This document shows positions 37,972 through 51,662 of a stretch of 64,000 nucleotides of DNA, in pieces. The notes below the pieces were generated by a model, which ran no database searches, had not been told where the DNA came from, and saw nothing but the letters and a program-made list of their open reading frames with translations. Source of the stretch: Octopus vulgaris (Eukaryota). Location of the stretch: contig OX597833.1 of NCBI GenBank assembly GCA_951406725.2, forward strand, positions 70,680,001 to 70,744,000, written 5' to 3'. Both the position numbers and the translations under genes were made by a program. Within the stretch, counting starts at the first letter, position 1, and every line of letters starts with the position of its first letter.

Positions 37972-39348
37972 TACACACATACATATGTATATGTTGAATC
38001 AGAGAACAAGAAGACCAGAAATCTAAGGAGAGACCGAGTTAAATACAACTGTGCAAATAGTTATACTTTTACAGATTTAATACGAGTGTGTGTGTGTGTG
38101 TACTGCTGTGTGTTGTTCTCTCTGCCTGAAAAGATTTTCATAGAAAAAGAAATCTGGAATAACCTTCTGCGTTGCCTCTGACGATGAACCATAAAATGCT
38201 TCTACACTGAAGCACTCCATTTCCTTGTGAAAAGCTCCGGCAACATAATGCAATCTATTTATAGGAAGACACTCTTACCATCCGGTGATTTTAAGAAATG
38301 CATTAACTGAAATCTAGAAAAGCGGCGAGAGAAAATTCATAAAGTTTCTTGTGAAAGAGAAAGAATCTGTTATTATTTTTTACCAAAAATTTCTTTAATT
38401 TAATTGTGTCTACATTAGTTTAATCTGTTTCTGATGTAATCATCCCAAATTATGGAGAGAATACGACAGAGTTCATCGCTAGTCATCAGAAGATGGCAGT
38501 TTGGATTTCCTTAGCTTTGTATGTTTCAGCCAAAGCATCTTCTTGTTTTTGTGTTGTTTTGCTGTATGGTGAATTGTGTAATTATTTTCACAGTGTTATT
38601 GTCAAACTTGCTTAAACCTCTGGACACAAAAAAAAAAGGTTCGAGACATCTAGAGATTGCTTTACAACCTGACCTGGAAGTATGTATGTACTTTGGCTTC
38701 ATCAGCTCGGAAGAGAAACAAGATGGAAACTACAATCCTTCTATTACCCATCGATCTCTCTCTCTCTCTCTTCTCTCTCTCCTTCTCTGTTTATTTCAAA
38801 AGTTACTTTCAAACAAGCCTCAATAATAACGATTTTAGTACCAAGGTTGTTCAAGGTAAAAAATCAATATCAGACTTTAGAAGCACCGATTTGTGACAGA
38901 AACGAACACCAGCGCCTATAGATGATGAGACCAATGTTTTCCTAAAAGAAATAAACTCTTCTGCAGAACGGTGTGTCACAGAATTATAGTAATTCCTCCT
39001 CTTGCTTTCTGTTTTGAATCTAGGTCTCCTCCTGCCAGTCATCACTCTCTCAATTTAATTCAACTCTATCCCAAGTCTTACATTAATCCTGGTTACCGTT
39101 GTCCATCATCCAGCTGTTTTATATTCAACTTGCTGACATTTTTTATTGTTTTTTTATATATTATGTCATCCGTTATCATTACAAATCCAAATTTCTCTCA
39201 TCTCATCTTCAAGCCACATTCTATTTCTCCTTACTTCCAAGCAATTCTAAACTCCATATATATATATCTAATATAGGATTAAATTTTTCGAAAAAATTCT
39301 ATCAATGGCCATCATATCAAAAAATACCTTTAAAGGTTAAATTTATAA

Positions 39349-39516
39349 ACAACTTATAAACAAGGGCAAAAGAAAAAAATTCTAAAGCCAAATAGGCCGA
39401 AAATAGACAAATAGATGCGTGCTTATAGTGATAAATTATATGGTTATTGACAATTTGTCTATTTTCGGCAAATTTGGCATTATAATTTTTTTTCTTTTGC
39501 CCTTGTTTATAAGTTG

Positions 39517-39517
<1 letters not shown>
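39349..39517. repeat. Fold-back, arms of about 64 bp (39349-39412 / 39453-39517), abutting (TA)n
   Basis: Reverse-complement match by inspection with few mismatches. Confidence 0.85.
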
Positions 39518-39553
<36 letters not shown>

Positions 39554-39599
39554 AATAAAACTTTTTACATAATAGTATATTAGTAATAACATTGTGGTT

Positions 39600-39843
39600 A
39601 GTTAGAAGAAGTGAAGAAATAGTTCCTTAGTTTATTTATATACACGTGCAAAAAGTCTTCAGATTTTCCAAGGAAATGAAATGAAATGGGATGAAATACA
39701 CTAATGCAAAGCATTTAGATTATTACATTTAAATTTTTTGCTTTATTTCAGTTCATTTCATTCTATTTCCTTGAAAAATTTTGAAAACTTTCTGCACCTT
39801 TATATATTTATCTAAGAGGAACAGTTCCCTTATTTCTTCCGAC
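39600..39843. repeat. Degenerate fold-back, arms of about 115 bp
   Basis: gtgcaaaaagtcttcagattttccaaggaaat pairs with atttccttgaaaaattttgaaaactttctgcac. Confidence 0.65.
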
Positions 39844-39970
39844 CCTAAGATACCTGCTGGTGACACAGAAGAGCTTGCAAAACCTTTGAGTCACTCCTGC
39901 AGTTTTCATGTGAGATAAAACATCTCAGGTGTTTATTTCACCCACCTCTACATATATATATATATACTCA

Positions 39971-40159
39971 AAAATAAGTAACCAGAATGACTCTGGTAAT
40001 TTGGTACAATTGTTTCGCACTACAACATTTTATTAAAAGTTGTAATTATTACACCACTCAACATCTTAAATCTGCTGTAATAATTACAACTTTTAATAAA
40101 ATGTTGTAGTGCGAAACAATTGTACCAAATTACCGGAATCATTCTCGTTGGTTATTTTT
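39971..40159. repeat. Fold-back with 59-bp perfect arms (39995-40053 / 40076-40134) and 22-nt loop
   Basis: Perfect reverse complement, extending imperfectly to about 80 bp; starts at (TA)n. Confidence 0.9.
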
Positions 40160-40804
40160 TATTATAATCACTCTGCAAATTTTTATGGATAACACCACAC
40201 AAAATTCTGGTGCATCTAAATTAGGTATCATATTCATTTGAATCTAAATTGTTGCTGAACTTATATAGTATCCAAGAGTGTTAAGTATATTCCTAATTAA
40301 TATTCCCTCAAATAATGCATCCTTTGTGAACCTTCAGCCATAATAACTTTATCTCTTTATTCGTTTACTTGATTTTCTTTTATGCTAAGTTACAACTTCT
40401 CTAAATCTCATTTAAGCCAAATAAATTTTATTTCCAGTCTTAAATTTTGTTAAGAAGATAAACATTTTATAAAGAATATTCCACGGGAGAAACGGTCTAT
40501 ATTCTTCTACTGCAAGAGTTGAGAGATTTCCTTCTCTTAGTAGATGTGCAGTTTGGTTCTCCTGGAAAAGATTGTTTGAAATTTCATATTTTTTGATAAT
40601 TAGGAATTAACTGCTAAGGCAAATCATTCTAAACACTAGTTTGAAAGAGGAAACCTGGCAAATGACAGATGCCGGGTTCAAGTATCACCAGTGAAGCTGC
40701 GGTTTTTATTTTATGTTGAATAATATTTTAATATTTTCAGAATATTGTTTTAATATGTCCGTTAATACTGTTTGCATCAACAAATGTTAGTGGTTACATG
40801 GTTT

Positions 40805-40862
<58 letters not shown>

Positions 40863-40925
40863 CATATATATCTGTTTGTGTGTGCATGTGTATATACATA
40901 CATATATAGATATTCATATATACAT

Positions 40926-40992
<67 letters not shown>

Positions 40993-42982
40993 TATTTACA
41001 AGATCATACATCATCATCATCATCATAATTGTTTAAGATGGACTTTAAACAATGATGATGTTAACGATGTATGAGCTTGTGTGTGTGTATTTAATTGTTC
41101 TTTCATAAGAATAGCGTTGATAGTGACTTCGAAGTTTCAGCCTGCCTAGCCTTCGTTGTGCTGCCTACTTGGGGCACACAATGAATACATGCTGAGATAT
41201 GGATGCTGAAATCTCAAGGAGAATAAGAGCAGGATGGAAGGCATTTACTTTCATAATAATAATAATGATAATCCTTTTTACTAAAAGCACAAGGTCTGAA
41301 ATTTGGGAGAAGGGGACTAGTTGATTACATTGACCCCAGTGTGTCACTGGTACTCGATTTATTGACCCTGAAAGGATGAGAGGCAAAGTCGATCCTCAGC
41401 TGAATTTGAACTCGGAGCGTAAAGACTGGTGAAATGCTGCTAAGTAATTTGCCCGGTGTGCTAATGATTCTGCCAGCTCACCACCTTAATAATAATAGTA
41501 ATAATAATAATAATAATAATGATAAAACACTGCCAGATCAGACTGGAGCCTGGTGCAGCCTCCTGGCTTCCCAGACCCCGATCGAACCGTCCAACCCATG
41601 CCAGCATGGAAAACGGATGTAAAACGATGAATAATAATAATAATAATAAAAATATTGCTGTTGTTGACTGCCATGAATGAAGGTAGTTGCTAATCAGTCT
41701 TAACCGATACATGTCGGGGACTGATATACTAGTCCCCACGTTTAATGATGTACCGCTTGAAGAAATGGGTATTGATTATCTACATATAAAGATAGATAAG
41801 AGGAAGTGGTTAATGGTGATAACCTGAGTAGAGGGACAGAGGTTGTAAACTGTGTGCTTCTGGAATGATTAAAAAGGGAAAACTGTATATACCTAAAGCA
41901 CTGTGTGACTTATCTCAGAGCTGTGATCAGTCATACAGTGAAAATGCCCAATAATAATAATATACTGTGTCATACTCAATACAAATGCATCGCAGAAAGC
42001 AAATCTACTGTAGTTTTCTTCCAGAGATGATATCTCTTGTGGACATGGTATGTTTAAAAGCACAATATATATATATTGAAGGGATACAAAAGTTATTCTA
42101 GCTGTGGCTTATGAGAACTCTAGAGGAATTTCTGCCTTATTGGCATTGTCAAAAGCATGTACTCACAGCCAAATGTATACTTAGACAAAATTTACCACCA
42201 CAGTGAATAAACAGTCACTGATGTTGCAAATAGCTGCTTAGCTGAATAAAAATCTGTTATGCACCAACATAACATAGTAGATTAAAATAATCATCTATGT
42301 ATCTAAGCATGCAGTTGGCTGTGATTACATGCCATTGAGGATGCTCAACAACGTAGAAATGCGTCTGGCGTTCTCACTTGCTGTTACTGAGATCATTTTC
42401 ATCTCCTTCTGATATTTAATGGTTTCAAATTTTGGCACAAGGCTAGCAATTTTGGAGGAGGAGGTAAACTGATTATATCAACTCCAGTACCCAACTGGTA
42501 CTTATTTCATCAACCCAGAAAGGATGAAAGACAGGGTCAACCTTGGTGGAATCTGAACTTAGAATGTAAAGATGTATGAAATGCCACAGGCATTTTGCTT
42601 GGTACAGTAACAATTCTGCCATCTTCCTTCCAATATATATTGAATTTATAAACACAGTATGTCTTAAATGATATCTCCTGATGAATTCTGCTCTAAATTT
42701 GTAATTCTCTGTGTATTTACATTAAGTATGGTACATAAATAGCTATTTTAATCTAGTAACAATAATAGTAATTTTTTAATACTAGCAAGACACATCTTGA
42801 AATTATTTCTATAAAAAAGCAAAAAAAAGCTAAATAAGCTACCATTTCAGTAAACACTCCAATGTTGTTGATTCCATTCCAATTTTTCTCCCATCACCCA
42901 AAGTCCTTAAAATTGTAACACCCCTCCCCCTCTTTAATTTATCAACATTCTTTTTTTTAAACATTATTTTAATAATTTTTAG

Positions 42983-43018
42983 ATCTTTTGGCTTGAATGG
43001 AATTGATTCCTGTTACAG
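42983..43018 (+). CDS. Candidate 36-nt phase-2/2 microexon of SNRK (SFGLNGIDSCY)
   Basis: T-rich acceptor ending tttttag; CAG|gtaaat donor; open in the SNRK frame; lies in non-repetitive T-rich sequence. Confidence 0.45.
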
Positions 43019-44300
43019 GTAAATTCCGATATAGTTTTTTTTGTTATTTTTTTTATCATATAATTTACACTTTTCCTCTAAAATCAATTATTTGTTCTGT
43101 TCAAATGCACAATTACATTTTCGTTGTTGTTGTTTTATTTACCATTCTTTTCTGTCTTCCTTTCTTTCTTTCCAAACCATTCCTTGAATTCTTCTTCAAG
43201 TTTTGGCTATCTTTCTTAAACTTCCATGGCCACCATTATTTTATTCTCAAACCTTTTTTTTTACACCTGTTTTAGCTAAAATTAAACCAGTATTCCAAGG
43301 ATTTTACTTTTTAACTTTTTTTAATCCTTAAAATAATCCTTAAAATATTATGTCCTTATTTAATCTTCCTTTCTAATCTACCATTTTCCATCTTTCATCT
43401 GACATCCTTGGAATTCTTTATCAAAAACAAAGAAATAGCACTTTCAAAAATATTTCATTAAATCGTTTCTAAAAGCATTCATGGCACCAGCAGACTTCTG
43501 ACGTAGCTCTTGATAGGTAGCCATTACTTTTGGAACTAGTTTACTAGTTTCCAGACAAGTAAACACTCAAGTTCTTAACTGTGAATGTCTGTTTTGGATT
43601 GTCTTGGTTCAGACTAATGTATCACAATTGAACTTCTGTCATTTGGTTTAGCCTAGTTTTGCATCTATACACACATCAGTGTATACACACACATTTATAT
43701 ATATATATATATTGTTATATTTCGGAATGGTCATTTTGCCAGTTTAGCCTATAAATATATAAACGTATATATATATATAGGCACAAGAGTGGGTGTGTGG
43801 GAAGTAGCTTGCCTACCAACCACATGGTCCCGGGTTCAGTCCCACTGTGTGGCACTTTGGGCAATTGTCTTCTACTGTAGCCTCAGGCTGACCAAAGCCT
43901 TGTGAGTGGGTGTGCTCCAGCATGGCCACAGTCAAATAACTGAAACAAGTAAAAGAAAAAATATATATATGATATATATATATCTGTCTTCTTTCTAGCT
44001 ATTCCCATCCCTATATCTCCTCTATAGCAAGACACGTGTGCCTTTCTCTCTCTATCATTCTTTAGCTTCTCAGCACCTGATATAAAGCCTACCCACCCTC
44101 TACTGCAACCCCACTCAGTTGTGGTGTGGCTTCTTCTTTGTCTTGCAAGTTACTTGGTGACCCCCCGACTCTTGTTGGGGTCACGAAAAATCCACTCACG
44201 GCACTCTGTTAAGAGGTCGGCATTAAAGGAAAGGCATCCAGCTGCAGAAACCATAACAATGCAAACATTGGAACATTGGCTCGTTGGATCTTGTCAAACC

Positions 44301-44533
44301 TATTCCTTTACTACCCACAAGGGGCTAAACACAGAGGGAGACAAACAAGGACAGACACACGGATTAAGTCGATTACATTGACCCCAGCGCATAACTGGTA
44401 CTTATTTAATCAACCCCAAAAGGATGAAAGGCAAAGTCGACCTCGGCGGAATTTGAACTCAGAACGTAACGGCAGACGAAATACGACTACGCATTTCGCC
44501 CGGCGTGCTAATGTTTCTGCCAGCTCGCCACCC
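44301..44533 (-). mobile_element. SINE family B nested in a family C SINE
   Basis: TSD ttggatcttgtcaa at about 44285 and 44534; host family C sequence continues on both sides. Confidence 0.85.
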
Positions 44534-46211
44534 TTGGATCTTGTCAACCCATCCAACCCATACCAGCCGAGACGATGATGATGATGATGCCAACAAACAC
44601 ACACGTTTCTAACTCTTTAAGTTTTGAAACAATATGGCATTTGAGTCCCTATTATCTTCTTGTGCTAGAATGATTTCAAATTGCTTTTAGTCTGTAATCT
44701 ATTATTCCATTTGGCTCCCAACTCTCAGCATTTTAACAGGTAAATCTTCAAAAACTAGTAGTTTTTTTTTTTTTCTTTTTCTTAAAAAAAAAAAAAAGAA
44801 ACTTCAACTTGTATTACCGTTTGATTGAGTTGTTACTCTTCTCAGATCTTGATAAGGAAAAAAAAAAAAAAAAAACCCAACAATTTATTAAGCTAAAAAG
44901 AAAAATATTTAAAAAAGAAAAGAACCTCGAATTATTCCATTGTATGTAATTGTGTTACATCTGAAAGTCCATGTGAATGGAGCTTTTGATTGCTTCTGTT
45001 TCTCATGGAAAAATGATGGAGAGAGAAAAAATAAGGAAATTCCATTGTGCAAAGGAAATAACATTTCGTGGTTGTTTGGGATGGTGGTGGAAGGCGTGGG
45101 GTGGGGTGGGGGTTCTCCTTTGCCATAGTCAAAAGACACGAGAGACGGAGAAGAGAAAAAAATCTAAAAATACAATCTTAGCAGCGTTTAACTTTTATGC
45201 AGACATAGAATGGAATTATTGCAATCTTTAATAAAAAATACAAATAGTGAAATACGTAATATATGATGTGTATAGGCATAGCTGTGTGGTAAGAAGCCTG
45301 CTTCCCAACCACAGGGTTTTTGGTTCAATCCTATTCCGTGGCACCTTGGACAAGTGGACCAAACTAAAGCCATGTGAGTGGATTTGGTGGACAGAAATTG
45401 AAAGAAGCACATTGTGTATGTGTGTCTGTGTCTGTGTTTGTCTCCACCACCACTTGACAACAAATGTGGGGTGTGTTTATATTGTATAACTTAGCAGTGC
45501 AGCAAAAGAGAACAATAGAATGAATACTTTCTCTTCCCCCATTTAACGTCCATTTTCCATGTTGGTATGGGTTGGACTCTTTGATAGGAGTCGGCAAGGC
45601 TGAAAAGCTGCCCCAGGCTCCAATTGTCTGTTTTGGCTAGGTTTCTATGGCTGGATGCCCTTCCTAATGCCAACCACTTTACAGTGCCCTGAGTGCTTTT
45701 AAAGTGGCACTAGCACCAGTGAGTGAGATCTGTCTTGGTATGGTTTCAATGGCTGGATGCCCTTCCTAATCTCAACCACTTTACAAAGTGCTCTGGGTGG
45801 TTTTTACTTGACCTCAGCATGGATACTTTCTGGATGTGCACATACTTTGCAAAAAAAAATTTTTAAGTTTTTGCCCCCCACCCCCACATTTAAGAAAGCA
45901 TTGTTTTACAAGAAGAGAAAGAAAATAACCCAAACAAACAAAAGTTGTGGGGAGGAGTGGGTACTATAATTTCATTCGAAATGCAAGTTTTCTAAACTTA
46001 TTCTTTGGTTCATTTTGCCTGCCTTTGAACATTTATATAATTATCTGAAGATCAACAGCTTGAAACTTATGGTATTGATAGAGGAAGCTTCTTATATAAA
46101 ATCCTGATAGTCACAGGTGTGGCTGTGTGGTTTAGAAGCTTGCTTACCAACCATGTGGTCTTGGGTTCAGTCCCATTGTGCAGCATCTGGGATAGTACCT
46201 TCTACTATAGT

Positions 46212-46628
46212 ATTGCGAGTAGATGGCTTCCAGAGGAGAAGAGTAGAAATTACTTCTTTTTCAGCTCTACAACAATGACCAGCAAACTGGACTCTCCTAC
46301 CTTTCAGAAGGATGACACAGGTGGTAGTTTCCAATATATTTGCATTTTGGTTGGATGGCGCTTCCACAAGAGATTTTGAGCTCTCATAAGGAGGCGAGTG
46401 TAGGTTCCATCCAACCGCCTCTCAAGCTTCTTTGATAACGTCCAGGTTTCTGAGCCATATAGTAGAATTGGTTCGACTGTGGCTTTGGAGATTACATCCT
46501 ACCCTGATGTAATCTCCAGGGATACAGGCATCCAGTAACAGGACCTCCGTAATGCCATGATGGACCGCGAAGTCTGGCGTAGCATGGTAAATTCCATTGT
46601 CTCGACCACGGTCCAACAATGATGATGA
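46212..46628 (+). mobile_element. 5'-truncated, 5'-inverted RTE-clade LINE nested in a family A SINE
   Basis: TSD tctactatagt (46201-46211, 46629-46639); 46212-46486 antisense, 46497-46628 sense with (GAT)n tail; homologous to 55303-55796. Confidence 0.85.
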
Positions 46629-48405
46629 TCTACTATAGTTCCTGGCTGACCAAAGCCTTCTGAGTGGATTTGCTAGACGGAAACTAGAAGAAGCTCATCA
46701 TGTGTGTGTGTTTCTCCTTGTAAGTGATGTTATTCGCGTCTAGATTTCTATGTGAAACATGGAGAAATATTACCTTGCTTGGAAACAAGTGAGGGTTGGC
46801 AACGGGAAAGGCGTCTGGCCAAAGAAAATCTGCCTTCGGGAATTCCACCTGAGTCATATAAGAATGGGAAAAGGGAACATTGAAATGATGATGGTGATAT
46901 TTATTATATAGACAAAAGAATTTTTGTTTTGTCTGTTGGCGATAGACAGAAATATTACAACTTCAAAATTCATCATCATCATCATCGTTTAACGTCCGTT
47001 TTCCATGCTAGCATGGGTTGGACGGTTCGACCAGGGTCTGGGAAGCCAGGAGGCTGCACGAGGCTCCAGTCTGATCTGGCAGGTTTTCCACAGCTTGATG
47101 CCCTTCCTAACGCCAACCACTCCACGAGTGTAGTAACCACTCTTTGCAGAAAGAAATTGATGAGACCTTCAATTGGTTTACTAATAACACAAATGTATAT
47201 ACAGAGAGAAAATTGTTTCTCTCTCTTTCTCTCTCTCTCTCCGCACACCCACCCTCCTTAATATTCATTCATCATTTTTTTTCTCCCAATTTCATGACCA
47301 CCCATTATTCATGGTTCCATTTCTGATCTAAACTGCAATTAGACAAAAACCAAGAAAAAAAAAAAGAAAAACTTACCATTTAAATTTCGCATTTTTCGAA
47401 AAATAATTAAAAATTTTATTTTAGACCCAAACTAAATCCTTGGACTACAAAAACAAAAAAAAGAATTAGTGTAGGAATTAGTTGTTGTTGAATTAATAAA
47501 CAGGATTTGTTTATTATTTCCTTGTTAATTTGCTTTGCTTAGGTTATTTCTAATGAATGTCTGCAACAAAAAAAAAAAAAACACAAAGATGGCCTTTTTT
47601 TCATTCCTTTTTTCTTTCTTCCTTTCTCCCTATCTTTCTTTCTTTCTTTCTTACTTTTTTCTCTCAATTCTAATCTTTTAGTGCTATTGCTCAAAGACAA
47701 ATAACAATGCCAACCCATTAATTAAAACAAAACCTTTAATTATAATCATCGTTAACTTAGTAGGAAGCAGTTTTATTTATTTATTTTTTCTTAACTGAAG
47801 CAGAGAAACTAACAATTATTATTATTATTGCTATTATTATTATTATTATTATCATTAATAATAATTTCTATTAAAGACAGTTCTGTTGATTGATTTTTTT
47901 TTTTTTTTGCTGCTGCTGCTTCTTCATGCCACAACTGCTGCCCAATTCCAGTTACCATTTTCTTTAATACCTATTGTTACCAGATATTATGTTTGTTTTT
48001 TTTTATTTATTTATTTTTCCAGACTTTGACATCCTACCACCCCCCTGATCCTTAGTTGGCTCTTCCATATTCTTACTGCTTTTTTTAAATTTTTTTATTT
48101 TTTTCTAATGCTTCTTCTCTACAGAAATATAACAATTGGTTTTTTTTTTCGTTTCTTTTTTTTTTTTTCAATACCTGTTGAGACACATTCGTCATTACAG
48201 TTGTCATAACGAATCAAGTCAACAGTAACGATAATTATAATGGTTTTTCTTTTATTGACCACACGAACCCAGTGACATGCTAGGGACAGCATAAAAGTTA
48301 AATAGAAAAGAAGACAACCACCAAAGTACGTGTGGAGGTTACAGTGAACAAAAAAGGTGAAACTAACAATAGCAATGTGAATAGATGAGGATAGCAGTAA
48401 ATATT

Positions 48406-48544
48406 GATTGACCTTTAGCATGCTGTAGGTGCACTATGTTATGGTATCAGTTTTCTCCCCTCTCTATGCGGCACAATGCACTTTCAGCTACAAGGGAGAA
48501 AACTCTATAGCAACATAATGCACCTAAGCATGCTAAAGGTTAAT
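48406..48544. repeat. MITE-like inverted repeat, arms of about 50 bp
   Basis: acctttagcatgct-taggtgca-tatgtt...gttttctccc versus gggagaaaac...aacataatgcacctaagcatgctaaaggt. Confidence 0.75.
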
Positions 48545-49201
48545 AGCTGTCTAGAATAGAGGTGTCAGGCTCGTTTGACTTTGGGAGCCAAGTCAAAGTA
48601 TAAATTAGATTGAGGGGGATGAGGGTGCAGAGAGGAATAATTATTCCCCCTGAACCCTTGTTCCCAGTGTAGGCCAAAGTAAATGTACAAAGGGGTTAAT
48701 ATACACTGTAACAGCTTTATTAATAATAAAGGGAAGAATATGAGGTGTTAACAAAGTTTGTATGTATTGATGTATGAGAAAAACCGATCCACTTGACCTA
48801 TATGTTTAGTATCCTCTTAAGTGGAAGTTCTTAAAGTGAGAGTTGAGATGGAAATTGTCCAAATGAATGCTTACCATTCCTTTAGCAAGATTGATACCTG
48901 ATAAGAAACTTCTGTTTCTTCTGCAAAGCCTTTCAATATCATTCCTTTCACTACAATCCATTTGGACAGACACATGTGTATATTTGTGAAGAGAATGCTT
49001 CCATTTGGCACAGGCCTTGTATGCAAAAAGGGAAGGGGAAATAGCTCATATCTTTTATTGTATGGATTCATGGGTTTCTTTTTCATTGGTTAAGATAACA
49101 GCAACATATTCTCCTAAGGTCTACTGATTTGACTAATCAGAATTGATGTTAATCAGGCAATGGCTGTGAACACATCCTTGTGGCATATATATATATGTAT
49201 A

Positions 49202-49243
<42 letters not shown>

Positions 49244-49756
49244 GTGGAAGATGTTAAGACACAGGATTAGATCAAACTTTACTGCATGCTATATCTTTAA
49301 TACCCCATGGCCTAGAAAAAGTAAAACAAGAACAAGGGAGGAGCCCCTAAATGGAAGGTGTGTAGACAGGGATTCAGTGGAGGGAACACCCTAAACACAA
49401 TCCCAGATTACTCTCCCAGTTGTTGCTGCCAACATACAACCACATGATTAGTGTAGGCCCTTTTAGCTACTCTCTCTCCCCTTTCATAAAACTAACTGGA
49501 GGGCAGCCACCGTCTTCTCTATCCTTTCCTTACCTTGTCATGTAGGAGTTGAAGAAGTTGGTTAGGTTTTGGATTGAGAGTAAAAGCTCTGTTCAAAAAC
49601 TTTCCAACCGGGTCCACTACACAACTCCCTCTGCCAGACAGAGTAAAATGACCCCCAATTTTCCTTGCCAAAGAAGGTGGTGGTTGATTTTTCACAATAG
49701 ACTCTATTGACATCTGGGTCCATCTTGAACATCATAATAATAATAATAATAATAAT

Positions 49757-49977
49757 ATCCTATTATCAAAAGAGGATATCGAGAGGAATGTAAAAGAAAT
49801 GGGAACCGAGTGCCCAGTAGAACTGTTGCAAAAAATTTACCTCCTTGGCCCAGCCAGAATCCTCAAGAAATTATTAGATAATTGGAAAGAACAGACAGCA
49901 TGGTACCATGGGTTGCAGGTAACAAGCTTGCCAGGCATGCAAGACTCCAAAAGCTCCAGCAAAACCCATGTTAAAAG
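49757..49977 (+). mobile_element. R4/Dong-like LINE 3' fragment in (TAA)n
   Basis: ELLQKIYLLGPARILKKLL resembles the R4-clade QK..LLGTARILRK end; (AAT)n on both sides. Confidence 0.55.
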
Positions 49978-51397
49978 AATGATAATAATAATAATATTAT
50001 TTTCTGGTATTGGCACAAGATCACAAATTAACAAGGAATGAAACCCTCCACATCACATAACTATATACTTGCATAATCTTTGATGGATTTAAAAGTACAA
50101 TAGAGCAAGATGAAACTGCATTCTGTCAGCTAATGTAGTCTGGCTTTTTATCATTACTACTGTTGCAGCTCCTTAATAATTATGATAATTATAATAACAA
50201 TAAGGGGGTGAGCTGGCAGAATCGTTAGCACACCGGGTGAAATGCTTAGTGGTATTTCATTTGTCTTTACATTCTGAGTTCAAATTCTGCTGAGGTCGAC
50301 TTTGCCTCTTATCCTTTTGGGGTCGATAAATTGAGTACCAGTTGCATACTGGGGTCGATCTAATTGACTGGCCCCCTCCCCCAAAAAAATTTTGGGCCTT
50401 ATGCCTACAGTAGAAAAGAATAATAATAAGCACTTAGAGAGGGCAAACCTCTGCCAAGGCAACCCCAGCGTCTTCTCAATGATTAGCCAGAGGGGATTTT
50501 TAAAATGAAAATATCTGAAATAAACTCGACTTCTCTCACAAACGAGAACGAACCTTACTGCTTTCAACAATTAAGTAGAAAAACAATTAAGGAAAAATAA
50601 TCCAGAATCCTTGTCTGGTACCGGATCAATCCCAAAACCTAATCAATTTGTGCCAGTCACGAGGCCAAACATTCCTGGGAGTTTCATCTGACTCCATCCA
50701 GCGGACAAACAAATACGACTGAAAACAATACTTTCACTTTCGTTAAGGCAGAGACAATGATGATGATGATGATGATGAATTCTTTTATCGGTCACAAGAG
50801 CCCAAGACATTGGGCAAAACAAAGGAAACAAACAAGAAGCAGCAGGGGTGTGTGTGGGGACGCTACATTGAATGGAAGAATGAAATCAACAACAACAACA
50901 AAGACAGAGAAACCATTTTTCTGTTGTTGGCACCGAGCCACAGTTTTCTGGCTCTTCATAATAATCAATTGCCTCATTGATTTATTATTATCGTTATAAC
51001 AGCATTTGTTGTACCAGCTCAGCGGGGACGAAAGACGGAGAGTCGATTCTGGTGTGATTTGAACTTGGAAACTTGAACATACGGAAGAGAAGTAATGGAA
51101 GACTCGAAGGTCATTTAGTGCAGAATTCTTGCACCTGTCACTCGGTTGCTGAAATAGCAACAACAATAATAATCTGCTATAGGGACAAGGCCTGGAATTT
51201 TGGTGGGGAAGGGGTCTAGTTGATTGCATCGACCCCCAATGCTCAACTGGTACCTACTTCCCTGGCTCCCAAAAGGATGAAAGGCAAAGTCCACCTTGGC
51301 AGAATTTGATCTCAGAATGTAAAGACAGATGCAATGCCTCTAAGCATTTTGCCCAGCATGCTAATGAGTCTGCCAACTCCCTGCCTTAATAATGATG

Positions 51398-51429
<32 letters not shown>

Positions 51430-51662
51430 TATAATAATAACAATAATGATGGTTTCAAATTTTGGCACAAGGCCAGCAATTTCAGTGCTCAGTTGGTATT
51501 TATTTTATCAATCCTGAAAGGATGAAAGGCAAAGTTGACTGGCTTTGGTGGAACTTGAACTCAGAATGTAAATACAGGTGAAATGCTGCTAAGCAATTTA
51601 CCTGGCGTGCTAACGATTTTGTCAGCTCACCACAATAATAATAATAATGATAATAATAATAA

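Noticed and set aside
38530-38568. 39-nt in-frame AG..GT segment (QSIFLFLCCFAV)
   Set aside because: Composition is intron-like (T/G-rich) and the acceptor is mediocre; likely chance.
38594-38683. 90-nt AG..GT segment (LLSNLLKPLDTKKKGSRHLEIALQPDLE)
   Set aside because: Open only in phase 1; in the required phase 2 it hits TAA after six codons.
41760-42400. Unique, moderately complex stretch that might be a decayed transposase (similar stretches at 23400-23760, 24330-24530 and 48840-49090)
   Set aside because: Multiple stops and no motif I can recognise; needs tBLASTx against repeat protein libraries.
48023-48210. Two strong-looking acceptors (exon starts 48023 and 48125)
   Set aside because: No convincing donor; the phase-2 frame stops at once or runs through poly-T to a stop.
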